Of a stretch of 64,000 nucleotides of DNA, positions 35,401 through 49,388 are shown piece by piece. Every line of letters starts with the position of its first letter. Positions within the stretch are counted from its first letter, which is position 1. The notes beneath the pieces were generated by a model. That model worked only from the letters and a program-made list of their open reading frames with translations, was not told where the DNA came from and did not search any database. The stretch is from the NCBI GenBank assembly GCA_050084515.1, contig CM114271.1, positions 46,748,001 to 46,812,000 of the forward strand, read 5' to 3'. This stretch comes from Blasia pusilla (lineage: Eukaryota). The position numbers and the translations under genes were made by a program.

Positions 35401-38400
35401 CTGGTATTCCTATGCAAAGATACGTGTATGTGGAGCGAGATGAGGCGGTCCTGAGAGTCTCATCCAGACATATTGGTCAATTGATGCGGAGATATCCTGA
35501 GTTGTTGCCGCCATCAGCTATTCGTGGGTACCGGCGTGCTTTGCCGTCACACATTGCATTTTTGGGAGCGGAGGACCTTTAGAGGGTTGATCTTGTGGAT
35601 TTGGTGATTTCTGGATGGCCATGTCAGGGTCATATACGTGCGTTGGTCGTGGTGAGGGATTACATGACCCTAGGTCTCAATTGTTTTGGGAGATGTTGCG
35701 TGTGTTAGGACATCTTCAGGTTCATTAGGCAGGTGCTCCAGCTTACATTGTGGAGAATGTTCCATTGTTGGGTGACACTCGGACCCGGATAATGGCGAGT
35801 GTTCACGAGGTGCGATCTTGGATTGGACCAGCGGTGTTGTTGGATGCAGCGCGAGTTGGCTCGTGTGTATATTGGCCACGCTTGTGGTGGACAAACTTGT
35901 TGCCTAGGGAGGTTCTACGTCGAGCATATGATGCAATGCAGTGGGATCCTTGCCTTACAATGGATAGTGTCTTGGGTAGTGGGCGACTTTCTCAGGTGGT
36001 GAGGGTTATTGATCGGTCACCTATGGCAGTGGTGAACCGTGTGGGGCAACCTAGGATGGCACTATCCACATTTGTGAGTTTTCCCTTGTCACATGCCTAC
36101 AAGGAAGGTGGTCCCGGGCTTGTATGGGATTCTCATGTGCGACAGTTGGTGGAGCCTAACGCTGATGAGAGAGAGCATGCGTTGGGATTTGCTATTGGTG
36201 TGACAGCGGTTGCTTCTATTTTGGAGGCTTCACGACATCATGTGTTGGGTCAAGCCATGGCCCTGAATTGTTTGACCTGGATTTTGAGTCTTGGTATGGC
36301 CGAGCAGCGTCGGCCATACGGCTTCAGACTATGTCTATGGATCTTCCACCCCTTGTGATGAGCTCGATGGCTACCGGGACGGTAGAGGCATCAACTAGGG
36401 GCGAGGAGAGTAGTATTTTGCATCCTTGGAGTAAATGGGATGAAATGGCTGGGCATGTGGAGTTGGTTGCTCATGTAGTGGAGGAGTTATTTGCTTAGAT
36501 GATGGTGTAGCTAAGGGTGTACCATCTTGTGAGGCGGTTGCATAGCAGCCAATGGCGTCGTCCTTTCCCTCTAGTGTGCCCGTGGAGGAGACTTTGGAGC
36601 CATTACTTGGGCCCAGGCTTACGGGAGGTGAGAAACTATGCTTGACACAGTTCCTACGTGCTTATAGGAGTTGTTTTGCCTTTAGCATGAAGGAGTTGGG
36701 TGCTTTGGTTGGACCCGATATACGGATTGATTTGGCTAGAGATACGCCAATCTTCCATCGTCCCTACCGATATAGTGATATGGAGAGGGATCTGATTGAG
36801 AGTAGGACGTTGGACCTTTTGGAGGCTGGATTAGTGGAGTTTTCGTATGGAGAGTATGCATCAACCATTGTCATGCCTGCTAAAAAGGATGTGCATGGCA
36901 ACTACATGGATAGGCGGATGTGTGGAGATTACTATCCTATCAATCAACAGACCAAGGCCGGAAGGTATGCCATGCCTACATCTGAGGAGATCTTTGATGT
37001 GGTGGGACACGCAAAGATTTTCAGTACTTTGGATCTTCGGGCAGGATACCATCAGTTGCGGATTCGAGAGAGTGACAAGGCCAAGACAACATTTTGGGGT
37101 GTCAACTCTCATGGCAAGGATTTTTTGTACTAGTGGAAATTCTTACCCTTTGGGTTGAAGAATACACCTGCCAAGTTTAAGAGAGTGATGGACAGGATCC
37201 TAGCACGGTTGGATTTTATTTAGTGTTACATTGATGATATCTTGGTGTTCAGTAACACGGTGGAGGAGCATCAGATACATTCGTAGATTGTGTTTGAGCA
37301 GTTGAGAGCTCATGGTCTACGTTTGCATCCAAGAAAGTGTAAGTTCTTCCATGAGGATGTTGAGTACTTGGGTCATGTGATCTATCCAAGTGGTTTGGGA
37401 GTTCAGCAAGCAAAGGTGGAGGCTATTGCACTTATTCCTCGTCCAATAGATGTGAGTTGAGTTCGGGCATTCATGGGATTCGCGAACTACTATCGGAGGT
37501 ATGTGAAGGGATTTAGTGCTATGGCAAAGCCTTTGAACCAATTGCTAAATTAAGTTCAAGAGTGGCACTGGGGAGATTATCAAGAGAGAGCTTTTGTGGA
37601 GCTCAAGGCCCAGTTGATGGTCGCGCCTATCTTGAGGAGACCTATCAGAGGGCGCCCATTTCAGTTGCACACTGATTGGAGTATGTTGGGACTTGGAGCG
37701 GTGTTGACACAACATGATGATGAGCATATGGAGTTTGTGGTGGCCTATGCAAGTCGTTCGAATAATGCAGCGGAGTCGCGCTATAGTTCATATGAGGGAG
37801 AGTGCTTGGCAGTAGTGTGGGTTGTGGCACACTTTAGGTGTTACTTGTTTGGCACACAGTTTACCCCTATTACTGATCACCAACCGTTCAAGTAGTTGAT
37901 GGAGTCTGACAAGCTTACAAGGAAGCTTGCACAGTGGGCTCTTATCTTACAGGAGTATGACTTCCAGGTGGTACATAGACCTGGAGTTGCCAACCTTGAT
38001 GTTGATGGGTTGAGTAGGAATCCATGTACTAGCCAAGAGGATGCAACTAGGGCTAGATGGCATGGCGAGGTTGATGAGGAGATGGTGCCAGGTTGGCATC
38101 CATCTGTCTTTTTATGTTGGTTAGGGGTAGACTCTAGTATGGAGGACCACATGACATCTTACTCTAGTTAGAGGGTAGATGGCCAGCCTTCAGATCCTAA
38201 GGTTGGAGATGGTGGTACGGATCAGCGTGATATTCATGATGATGCGTTGATGTTGGATTTCCTACAGACCAGTAGGATGCCAGGCATAGTGAGTGCCAAG
38301 GAATGAGATCGTGTTCTTCAACGTGCTAGGAGGTATCGATTGGAGGGAACACATATTCTCCGTGTGTGGGAGGATGGTAGAGTACGAGTGATGCCGCATT

Positions 38401-38575
38401 TGGCTCAGAGAGAGCGCATTGTGCGACATGCCCATAAGGAGTTGGGACATTTTGGTATAAAGCGTACGTATAGCTTACTCCTTGGTCAGATATTGGTGGC
38501 GTGGCATGCATACTCAGGTGAAGCAATTGGTGTCACGTTGTATGGTTTGTGACCGGGTGAGGGCATCATTTAATG
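32455..38575 (+). pseudogene. B-I polyprotein, 5' part: gag, protease, DNMT3-like MTase (~35340-36295), RT, RNaseH, integrase N-terminus
   Basis: CWTCGGDHVRRFC and CDHCGRPGHPRECC knuckles; VLLDSGAQP; GICVLDLFGGISIG, LVISGWPCQG (35601-35630), YIVENV, WPRLWWTNL, EREHALGF, HVLGQAM; RT YIDD (~37226); LHTDWS; HAHKELGHFG..CMVC. Confidence 0.88.
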
Positions 38576-41500
38576 TGTCGTGCGAATCCACATCGTCATA
38601 CAACATACATCGTTGACATACCATACTCACATACATACATAACATAGACGAGAGTATCCACAAACACAAGTGTACCACAATTGAAATGCGTGAAAGACCT
38701 ACTGTCATAAAACACGTTTACAATCACATACAATCGAGCCAAACCCACTCCACGATGGGAGAATCTAGGTCGAAGCTTATGGAAACACCATAGCCAAGAG
38801 CTCTACTCACTACCAAGGCTAACTCCCAAATAACAGGCTCAACTCAAAGAACTGATTGTTCTTTGAGTGCACTCCACCTTATATCCTCCAACCTAAGAGC
38901 GGGGCCCACTGGGAAAGTCACCCCAACCGAGTAACCCCAACCCTATGTATGGAACCGCATCTCTACCAATCCACTACGGTCCTACATAAGGAATGGCCTC
39001 TACTAGCACACCATACTCTACGACATAACCGTATGGTCATGACAATTTGTCGTGCCGAATCCACATCGTCATACAACATACATCATTGACATACCATACT
39101 CACATACATACATAACATAGACGAGTATCCACAAACACAAGTGTACCACAACTCGCCCCCTAATCTGGCGGTTAGGTCCTCTAACTCCCGGTAGCCCTAT
39201 ACATCTACTACATGCTATACACCTTCTTGGGTGCCCGAATCGAAGGCCGGTGCTAGGTTGCCCCATCGTTAGTCGCACATCAGTAATCCATATGATGCAA
39301 AGATCAAGTCATCTACCTCTCCTAAGTACATCGAGGACAAACCCACCTTCCAAAGAGAGGAACGACATCCAAACGTGAGTCAAACACATCATGTGCCAAC
39401 CCCTAGAACACCGATCACACACCAACATACGGTGCCGCGTTGCAGTGGACCCACACAACATGCACCTCAAGCTAGCACGTATCATGGCTAAGCTTGGGTC
39501 AACAGTACCATCCACATTTGGAAGATAACATGGCGCACAATTACGCACATGGTCCTTCCAAACAACTCCATCACGACCCTCTAACAAGAGAACTCCGAAG
39601 CCAACACCTCGCGACTTTTCGTAAAATAGTGCGGCCTGCCGTCACATCCAACATTGTCGGTGCAATCTGCTGCAAATAGACATAGTCCCCCACATGGAAC
39701 CTACGAATCGATGGTCGAGAACCTCCACCCCGAATGGTTGCATACCGCAACGTATCCTTGAGTTGAGCAATGGCAAGATTCTCAAAGGCTGTTGGCATAA
39801 CTCTCCGAAAGAGCTCCGCTACCGAGAACACACCCTCATCCACATCTCTCGGGTCATCAAGGTTCACCACCTCACTAGACTCCCGATGAATTCTTTGCTT
39901 TGGCAAGTCCGGATCTCACCGTATAATAGAAAATAAGGTGAGAAGGAAGCCAAGGATGCTTGGCGATTGAACCTATACCCCATGGCTAACCATGGCAACT
40001 GAATATCCCAGTCTCCAAGATGCCCCTTCTATAGGCTATACTTGCGCAATGCCCTCTTCACCGTCTAAACCACACGCTTAGCCAAACCATCCGCCTCTGG
40101 ATGATCTCGAGACGTGGTCCGATGATCAATCAACGCCTTGTCACACAAGACTTGAAACTCACCCGAAACTCGTACCTGGTCGGTCAAGACTTGGTGGTGC
40201 ACCAAAATGACTAAGCACTCTATCTAGAAACGCATACGCCGTTCCTCACTTGCCTTGTCCGGTAATGCCACCAACTCAATCCACTTGGAGAAGTGCTCCA
40301 CCATCACCAACACATATCGATGATGTAAATACCAACGGTAACGGTCCCGCAAAGTCCACACTCCAACGGTAACCCAACCCCATAATAGGCAAGGGGTGTA
40401 ATTGTGGTGTAGGGGCATTAAATGATGCCCTCACCCGGTCACAAACCATACAACGTGACACCAATCGCTGCACTGAGTATGCATGCCACGCCACCAATTC
40501 GCCAAGGAGTAAGCTATACGACGCTTTACCCCAAAATGTCCCAACTCCTCATGGGCATGTCGCACAATGCGATCTCTCTGGGCCAAATGTGGCACTACTC
40601 GTAGTCTACCATCCTCCCCACGCGGAGAATATGTGTTCCCTCCAATCGATACCTCTTAGCACATTGAAGAACACGGTCTCGCTCCTTGGCACTCACTATG
40701 CCTGGCACCCTCTTGGTCCGTAGGAACTCCAACACCAACGCATCATCATGAATATCACGCTGATCCGTACCACCATCTCCAACCTTAGGATCCAAGGTGG
40801 CCATCTACCCCTCGACTAGAGTAAGATATCATGTGGTCCTCCATACTAGAGTCCACCCCTAACCAACATAAAAGGCGGATGCATGCCAACCTGGCACCAT
40901 CTCCTCATCAACCTCGCCATGCCATCTAGCCCTGTTGTTGTATCCTCTTGGCTAGTACATGGGTTCCTACTCAACCCATCAAGCATCAAGGTTGGCAACT
41001 CAGGTCTATGTACCACCCGGAAGTCATACTCTGTAAGATAAGAGCCCTTTGTGCAAGCTTCCTTGTAAGCTTGTCCGACTCCATCACCACTTGAGCGGTT
41101 GGTGATCAGTAACAAGGGTAAGCGGGTGCCAAACAAGTAACACCTAAATTGTGCCACACCCACACTCTTGCCAAGCACTCTCCCTCATATGAACTATAGC
41201 GACTCCATTTGCATTATTCGAACGACTTGAGGCCACCACAAACTCCATGTGCTCATCATCATGTTGTGTCAACACCGCTCCAAGTCCCAACCTACTCCAA
41301 TCAGTGTGTAACTGAAATGGGCGCCCTCTGATAGGTCTCCTCAAGATAGGTGCCGCCACCAACTGGGCCTTAAGCTCCACAAAAGCTCTCTCCTGATCAT
41401 CTCCCCAGTGCCACTCTTGATCTGATTTCAGCAATTGGTTCAAAGGCTTTGCCATAGCACTAAATCCCTTCATATACCTCCGATAGTAGTTCGCCAATCC

Positions 41501-44500
41501 CATGAATGCCCGAACTCAACTCACATCTATCGGACGCGGAATAAGTGCAATAGCCTCCACCTTTGCTTGCTGAACTCCCAAACCACCTGGATAGATCACA
41601 TGACCCAAGTACTCAACATCCTCATGGAAGAACTTACACTTTCCTGGATGCAAACGTAGACCATGAGCTTTCAACCGCTCAAACACCATCTGCAAATGTA
41701 TCTGATGCTCCTCCACCGTGTTACTGAACACCAAGATATCATCAATGTAACACCGAACAAAATCCAACCCTGCTAGGATCCTGTCCATCACTCTTTGAAA
41801 CTCGGCCGGTGCATTCTTCAACCCAAAGGGTAAGAATTTCCTTTGGTACAAAAATCCTTGCCATGAGAGTTGACACCCCAAAATGTTGTCTTGGCCTTGT
41901 CACTCCCGAATCGGCAATTGATGGTATCCGCCGAAGATCAAAGTACTGAAAATCTTTGCCTGTCCCACCACATCAAAGATCTCTCAGGTGTAGGCATGGC
42001 ATACCTATCGGCCTTGGTTTGCCGATTGATAGGACGGTAATCTCCACACATCCGCCTATCAGTGTAGTTGCCATGCATATCCTTTTTAGCAGGTATGACA
42101 GTGGCTGATGCATACCCTCCATGCGACAACTCCACTAATCCAGCCTCCAAAAGGTCCAACGTCCTACTCTGAATCAAGTCCCTCTCCATATCACTATATC
42201 GATAGGGACGACGGAAGATTGGCGTATCACTAGCCAAATCAATCCGTATACCGTGTCCAACCATAGAACCCAACTCCTTCATGCTAAAGGCAAAACAACT
42301 CCTATAAGCACGTAGGAACTGTGTCAAGCGTCGTTTCTCACCTCCCGTAAGCTTGGGCCCAAGTAATGGCTCCCAAGTCTCCTCCACTGGCATACTAGAG
42401 GGAGAGGACGATGCCATTGGTTGCTCATAACCCCTCACAAGATGATACACCCTTAGCTACACCATCATCCGAGCAAATAACTCCTCCACCAAAGATGAGC
42501 AACCAACTCCACATGCCCAGCCATTACATCCCATCTACTCCAAGGATGCAAAATACTACTCTCCTCGCCTTCAACCGATGCCTCTACCGCCCCGGTAGCC
42601 ATCGAGCTCATTACAAGGGTGGAAGACCCACAGACATAGTCCGAAGTCGACGCGTTGCTCGGCCATACCAAGACTCAAAATCCAAGTCAAACAATTCAGG
42701 TCCATGGCGACCCAACACATGACGTCGTGAAGCCTCGAAATAGAAGCAACCACTTTGTCACACCAAGAGCAAATCCCATCGCACGCTCTCTCTCATCAGC
42801 GTTAGGCTCCACCAACTATCGCACATGAGAATCCCATACAAGCCCGGACCACCTTCCTCGAGGCAGGCATGTGACGAGGAAAACTCACAAATGTGGGTAG
42901 TGCCATCCTAGGTGGCCCCACATGGTTCACCATTGCCATGGGTGACCGATCAATAACCCTCACCACTTGGGAAAGTCGCCCAAAGATCCAAGATACTATC
43001 CTTTGTAAAGGCGAGGATCATTTGCCAGACCGCATCATATGCTCGACGTAGAACCTCCCTAGGCAACAAGTTTCTCCACCACAAGCGTGGGCGATGTGCA
43101 CGCTGAGCCAACTCTGTTGCATCCAACAACACCGCTGGTCCAATCCAAGAGCGCACCTCATGAACACTCGCCATCATCCAGTCCGAGTGTCACCCAACAA
43201 TGGAACATTCTCCAAAATGTAAGCTAGAGCACGTGCTCGATGAACTGAAGATGTCGTAACACCCGTAACATCTCCCAAAACAATCGAGACCTAGGGTCAT
43301 GTAATCCCTCACCCGACCAAAGACGTGTATGACCACGACATGGCCATCCAAAGCAATCACCAAATCCACAGGACCAATTCTCTCAAGGTCCTGCGCGCCT
43401 CAACAATGCAATGTGTGATGGTAAAGCACGCTGGTACCCACGAATAGCGATGGCGGCAACAACTCAGATACCTCCGCATCAATCGACCAATATGTCGGGA
43501 TGAGACTCTGGGCCGTCTCATCTCGCTCCACATACACGTATCTCCCGACAGAATACCGGCCTACAACATCTGACCAAACCAAAGTGCTAATCCCACCAAA
43601 GAGATCTAACACACAAATGCCCTCCGGCGGATACGCCATACAATGGGTGTAGTATCCAAAGGGGATAACCTAATCTGGGCCAGTAGTAGGAGTCCGCCGT
43701 GGGGCCTCCTCTTCCTCGTGAGGTATAATGACCTCACACCAAGCCTCTGCACTAGGCGTCGCCTCTGCCGTAGTGCATCGCTGAACTCCAAAGTGGCACA
43801 TCCAACGATGAGGATGCCCTTTGCTGCAAAAATAGGGACCTCCTCTTCCTCCTCATGCGCAGGAGAATCCATAGCGTAAAACATTACCCTCCAAAAAGTC
43901 TCTGGCCAAGTGACTACTCCACTAAAACCAGCCATAGATGCTAACACGTTGTTGGGGAAGACCCTCCTGGTCGAGCCCCGAAATAAATCTCACAGAACTT
44001 GGCTCATACGTCCATCCCGGACGCCAACCTGGTCTATAAGACTGTCTCGACCCAAGTAATCCATCCGAAAACCCATCGGGTACAATATCGCTCCTCCAAC
44101 TAGTACATCATACGACTCGGATCGATGTGACTACCGCAGATACTCCCAACCGGAGCTATCGATCGCATGATCTGGTCTCAAACTGTCATGTAAAACTTCT
44201 CCCGTGTCATGAATTGAGACCTATCATTGGCTCCTCCAAGTGATGTTTGAATCGGAATGGGCAAGGCTCAAGCTCGACCTCCGAATACCCAAACCAATAC
44301 ATGCCGCCTTTCCCAACATCAAGGTTGGGCACCGAGTCTAACAAGACTCTATCGGTCTATACACGTGTCTGTAGGACTCACCAATCGGAAGATCCCACTC
44401 CGGTTGTCCAACATACATACACCAGGTGTAAGCCTCTCACGATCAATGGTGGCCGGTGGTAATGCATCCATCTTCGCCGCCGCCGCCAAGTAGCACCGGT

Positions 44501-47500
44501 ACTCAATGCTACTCTCGACATAGAGGGTCGCTCCACCGCAACACCCTCATCCACCTCAACACGTGTAGCAAGAATAACACCCCACGTTCACACAACGTGG
44601 TCGCTAATCAAATACAGGAGCTAAGTCAACTCCTAAAGCCATCACTCCGTGGCGAAAACAATGGGGATCCAACACCGAAGTTGCCATCCGCAATCTTTGC
44701 ATTGATCTTTGCATCCGTGTCTACTACACGCGATGTAGATGCCTCAATCCCCACTATCGGCTCAATAGGCTGCGAGGAACCATGGATGGAGTCCTAAGCA
44801 CCTCAGACAACAAGAATGACTAGGGAAGCCTAGCCCGCCTGACCTCACCCCTCTGTGGGTCCAACTCCACAATAGCACCACGTGGCTCGACGCTCGAGTG
44901 GCTCCTCTCAGAATCGCACGGTGATGCCTCAACTTTTGTCCGCACTCGCCATATAAGAGAGATCATCCCCTCCATAAGAGGTGGAAGCCCCTGCTCCCGA
45001 ACCTGATCTATCTTTGGATACCGACCATAGTAGCCAACTTCTCGCTCCAATCGCTCAATCGGCAGACCATAGTCGACTTCGTAGTGGTAGGGGTAGCCAC
45101 CGAGGATCTCCAACCACCTGGTCCACCTCTACCACCCCTACCACCTCTACCACCTCGGCCTCTCGGAGCTACTCCACCACGGCCACGGCCCATGATCTCA
45201 ACTCGGATGAAGATCAAAGCAACGCTCTCGAGGATGACCTAGTCTCCCGCAATGATCACACCTGAGTTGGGGCCGATCGAGGCCCATCCTCCAAAGTCCG
45301 TCTCCCATCCTCTTGGGGACAAAACTTCCTAACATGATCACCTCCACATGTCCAACATGATCGTCCTTGCTGCGGGGCAGCAAATGAAGGCAATGGTCTC
45401 TGCACAAATGTCCCTCTAGGACTTGATCGAGGTCGCGTGTACCCCACGACTCCCACTACTACTACCACCACCACTACTACGAGATGTGAGGTGGGCGGTG
45501 AACACGAAGTAATAGTTGTATCCCCCCATGAATGCGGATGTCACCACTCTCTCCTTCACCATGTTAAGCTCAATCTTCTCGAGATAGAGCAAACACATGG
45601 GTCAATGTGGGTGAATCATCACTCATAAGAGTAGCATCACGTACCCCCTACGGCGCAAATCTCTGTCCAAGATCCCATACAAAATGGATGCTGATCCTCA
45701 ATCACACCATGGGTAATCGAAATCAAGCGCCGATACGCGTGTGTATGCCTTACGAAGACTCTCACCAGTCTTTCGCTCAAAGTCCTGAAGATTCCTCAAC
45801 TTCTCCGTCTTCACTCCTTGATAGTTCTTCTTCAACCTCTTGAAGAACTCTACAACGGGCTAAACGATGGTGGGGCACTAGTACCTCCACTAGTACCCCC
45901 ACTAGTACCTCCACCGGTACCCCCACTCCGACTGCACTCATTACCACTCGCGTTGGGTTTTGGTGGCATAGTAGGAGCACTACTACCAATACCACCATGG
46001 GTGATAGACACATAGCCTGGAGACCAATATTGTCTCCATGCTTCAATCTCAACAACATGGTCCTTCCTAAACTCATGGTAATCATCCATGGGTGGTCCTT
46101 CCAAATCTTTGAAACAACCCCTTCCAAGCCAAGAAGGGTGTAAACAACGTATGCGTTCAACATCGCATATCACACCACGTATCAAACTCCTGCATGAAGT
46201 CCTCCAACTCAATGGTACCCATTGCACCGAGTATCGTGGGCCCTTCATGGCCCCATATCCACCGTCCATGTCCCAAATCAATGGAGCGCAACACTCGATA
46301 ATAACGTAGAAGACTGGTGTTTGGAACACCCTTGTCCTCCTCTTCATCAACCGTCGGAAGTGGAAAAGGTAGCCGATACCTAAATCCACTCCGTGTGAAA
46401 CCACCATTATCCACCACGGTCCCCAACCAGACCACCCGACTGACTCCCGTGATGACCAACGCCGATGCCGCACCACCACCAAATTACCCAAGTGACGCCG
46501 ATGTCGCTCTACTATTGTAGCTCTACTAGCTATGGGTGTAGGCAATCTAACCTCTCATCACTACAAGAAGCCTCCCACGGTCTCATGGTCATCACTCCAC
46601 CTCACTACCGGTAGCAGGGGAGTAACACTACTCTGGAAATCAGCGTCAACCCTAACAATGGGCGCGCAAGCAAGAAGCACGATGGAGGGGATCCAAACAC
46701 AGGAAGTCCAACGACAACCCTCCAACCGCAAATGGAAATCAAGGTAACACAATCCACCAAACGTGGTGCCCCCTGAATCCACAAAACCCACCACACAATT
46801 CTAACGCAATAGCTACTCCGCCGCGGGTCGATGACGTACTAGTCGAACTCGCAGCACCTGAAAATATCACCTGCATGGAGAGGCTACACCGTACTATGCG
46901 CTAGAGGTACATCAACCAAAAACCTGAGATGCATAAAGCGCCTAACACATCTCCGAATAGCACCAAATGAGCTACAACAGTCTGTACACTAGCATAGTTA
47001 AGAACTCAGCAGTTAAGCGTCCTCCAGGCAGAATAGCCCAAAGATGGGTGACCATTTATGCAAAACTCAAATCCCAAATCCTGCAAAAATTGCCTCACGC
47101 CCAAGCAAGCAAGCTTGATTGCTTGCTCCTTGCTCCTTACTCCGCCTCTCACGCCCACTCGCCCCGAGCTACCACGAGTTGCCTCGAAGCCTCAAAACGC
47201 CGAGACATGCCCCTATCGCCCCGTTCGCCATGCTTCGCTATGGAGAGAGGTCCAACCAGGGCGCCCCCAACGGGATAGGCGTCTCCAACAATGAACGAGT
47301 CACCAACCAACCAGCCCCTCCGATCCGCGAAATTTCGATCAGAAATTCTTCACAAATACGTGACCGAAATCAAATCTGTTTCGATCAAAATTCAATTGAC
47401 CACCATAGCTATCTCCCCACAAAAACTCAGCTACAACCGAGCTCCATACTCCGAGCTAAAAATCAGACAAACTTGCTGTCCATACAACTCTATAACCGCA

Positions 47501-48288
47501 AATCCGACAGCGCTTCCGCCAAGTTTCATGAACGCAGAAATCCGCAACGCTCCACGCACTCGAGCAGATAGCTTCACATGAGATCACAATACAAGTAGCA
47601 ATAGGAACCTCTCACCCGATCTGGATGAACTTCAACAGAGCTTCCGCACTCCAAGCTCTCCACATCAGAAAATTGTCGAACATGAACCAGAATCTTCAAT
47701 GCTTGATAACTTCCAACTCCCTTGACGAAATCTGGCGATCTATAGCGCGTTGGAAAGCTCTCAGCAAGGCGCTTCTTTCCCAACCAACCACGCACCTGAT
47801 TCACACCTCCAACATAGGCAACAAGCCCCGAACATCCACGGCTGAGTACACAATCAACCCTAACCAGATCCTACTGATCTACAATCGAAGCTACCATCGA
47901 TCTACTCCAGTTCTTTGAGTGAAATGCGTGAAAGACCTCTTTGTCATAAAACACGTTTACAATCACATACAATCGAGCCAAACCCACTCCACGATGGGGA
48001 GAATCTAGGTCGAAGCTTATGGAAACACCATAGCCAAGAGCTCTACTCACTACCAAGGCTAACTCCCAACGCATAACAGGCTCAACTCAAAGAACGATCG
48101 TTTCTTTGAGTGCACTCCACCTTATATCCTCCAACCTAAGAGCGGGCCCCTTTGGGAAAGTAACCCCAACCGAGTAACCCCAACCCTATGTATGGAACCG
48201 CATCTCTACCAATCCACTATGGTCCTACATAAGGAATGGCCTCTACTAGCACACCATACTCTACGACATAATCCGTATGGTCATGACA
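38576..48288 (-). mobile_element. Family B element, complete nested antisense copy (B-II, ~9.7 kb) inserted in the B-I integrase
   Basis: Starts TGTCATGA (48288), ends CACGACA (38576), TSD AATG (38572-38575 / 48289-48292); removing it restores RASFNAPTP. a1 47920-48288; PPT ~39153-39163; b1 39048-39152; a2 38682-39044; b2 38576-38681. Gag ~46500-45000, PR ~44340, MTase ~43621-42665, RT with YIDD 41516-42450, RNaseH, integrase, PHD ~39329-39464. Confidence 0.92.
47909..47920 (-). promoter_or_regulatory. Putative self-priming primer-binding site, family B (equivalent at 30890-30901 in B-I)
   Basis: Minus-strand ACTCAAAGAACT directly after a1 is complementary to GTTCTTTGAGT (48085-48095), about 31 nt downstream of TATAAG (48126). 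Confidence 0.7.
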
Positions 48289-49388
48289 AATGCCCCTACA
48301 CCAAAGTTACACCCCTTGCCTATTATAGGGTTGGGTTACTGTTGGAGTGTGGACTTTGCGGGACCTTTACCGTTGATTGTACGACATCATCGATATATGT
48401 TGGTGATGGTGGAGCACTTCTCCAAGTGGATTGAGTTGGTGGTATTACCTGACAAGGCAAGTGAGGGAACGGCATATGCGTTTCTTGATAGAGTGCTTAG
48501 TCATTTTGGTGCACGAGCTGAGGTGCTGACTGATGAGGGTACAGAGTTTCAAGGTGAGTTTTAGATCTTGTGTGACAAGGCGTTGATTGATCATCGGACC
48601 ACGTCTCGAGATCATCTAGAGGCGAATGGTTTGGCTGAGCGTGTGCTTCAGACGGTGAAGAGGGCATTGCGCAAGTATGGCCTATAGAAGGGGCATCTTG
48701 GAGACTAGGATATTCTGTTGCCATGGTTAGCCATGGGATATAGGTTCAGTCGCCAAGCATCCTTGGCTTCCTTCTCACCTTATTTTCTGTTATACGGCCG
48801 AGATCCAGACTTGCCATTAGCAATTTGTCGGGAGTCTAGTGAGGTGGTGGACCTTGATGACCCAGAGATGTGGATGAGAGTGTGTTCTCAACGGGCAGAG
48901 CTCTTTCGGAGAGTTATGCCAACATCCTTTGAGAATCTTGCCATTGCTCAACTCAAGGATACGTTGCGGTATGCAACTATTCGGGTGGAGGTTATCGACC
49001 ATCGATTCGTAGGTTCCATGTGGGGAACTATGTCTATTTGCAGCAGATTGCACCAAAAACGTTGGATGTGACGGCAGGCCGCACTATTTTACGAGTGCGA
49101 GAGGTGTTAGCTTATGGAGTTCTCATGTTGGAGGGTCGTGACGGAGTTTTTTGGAAGGACCATGTGCGTAATTGTGCGCCATGTCATCTTCCAAATGTGG
49201 ATGGTACTGTTGATCCAAGCTTAGCCATGATACGTGCTAGCTTGAGGTGCATGTTGTGTGGGTCTGCTGGTAACGCAGCCCGTATGTTGGTGTGTGATCG
49301 GTGTTCTAGGGGTTGGCACATGATATGTTTGACTCCACGTATGGATGTTGTTCCTACTGGAAGGTGGGTTTGTCCTCGATGTACTTAG
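48289..49388 (+). pseudogene. B-I integrase core and C-terminal PHD finger (continuation after B-II)
   Basis: WSVDFAGPL, VLTDEGTEF, GLAERV; CMLCGSAGNAARMLVCDRCSRGWHMICLTPRMDVVPTGRWVCPRC (C4-H-C3) at 49248-49382. Confidence 0.9.
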
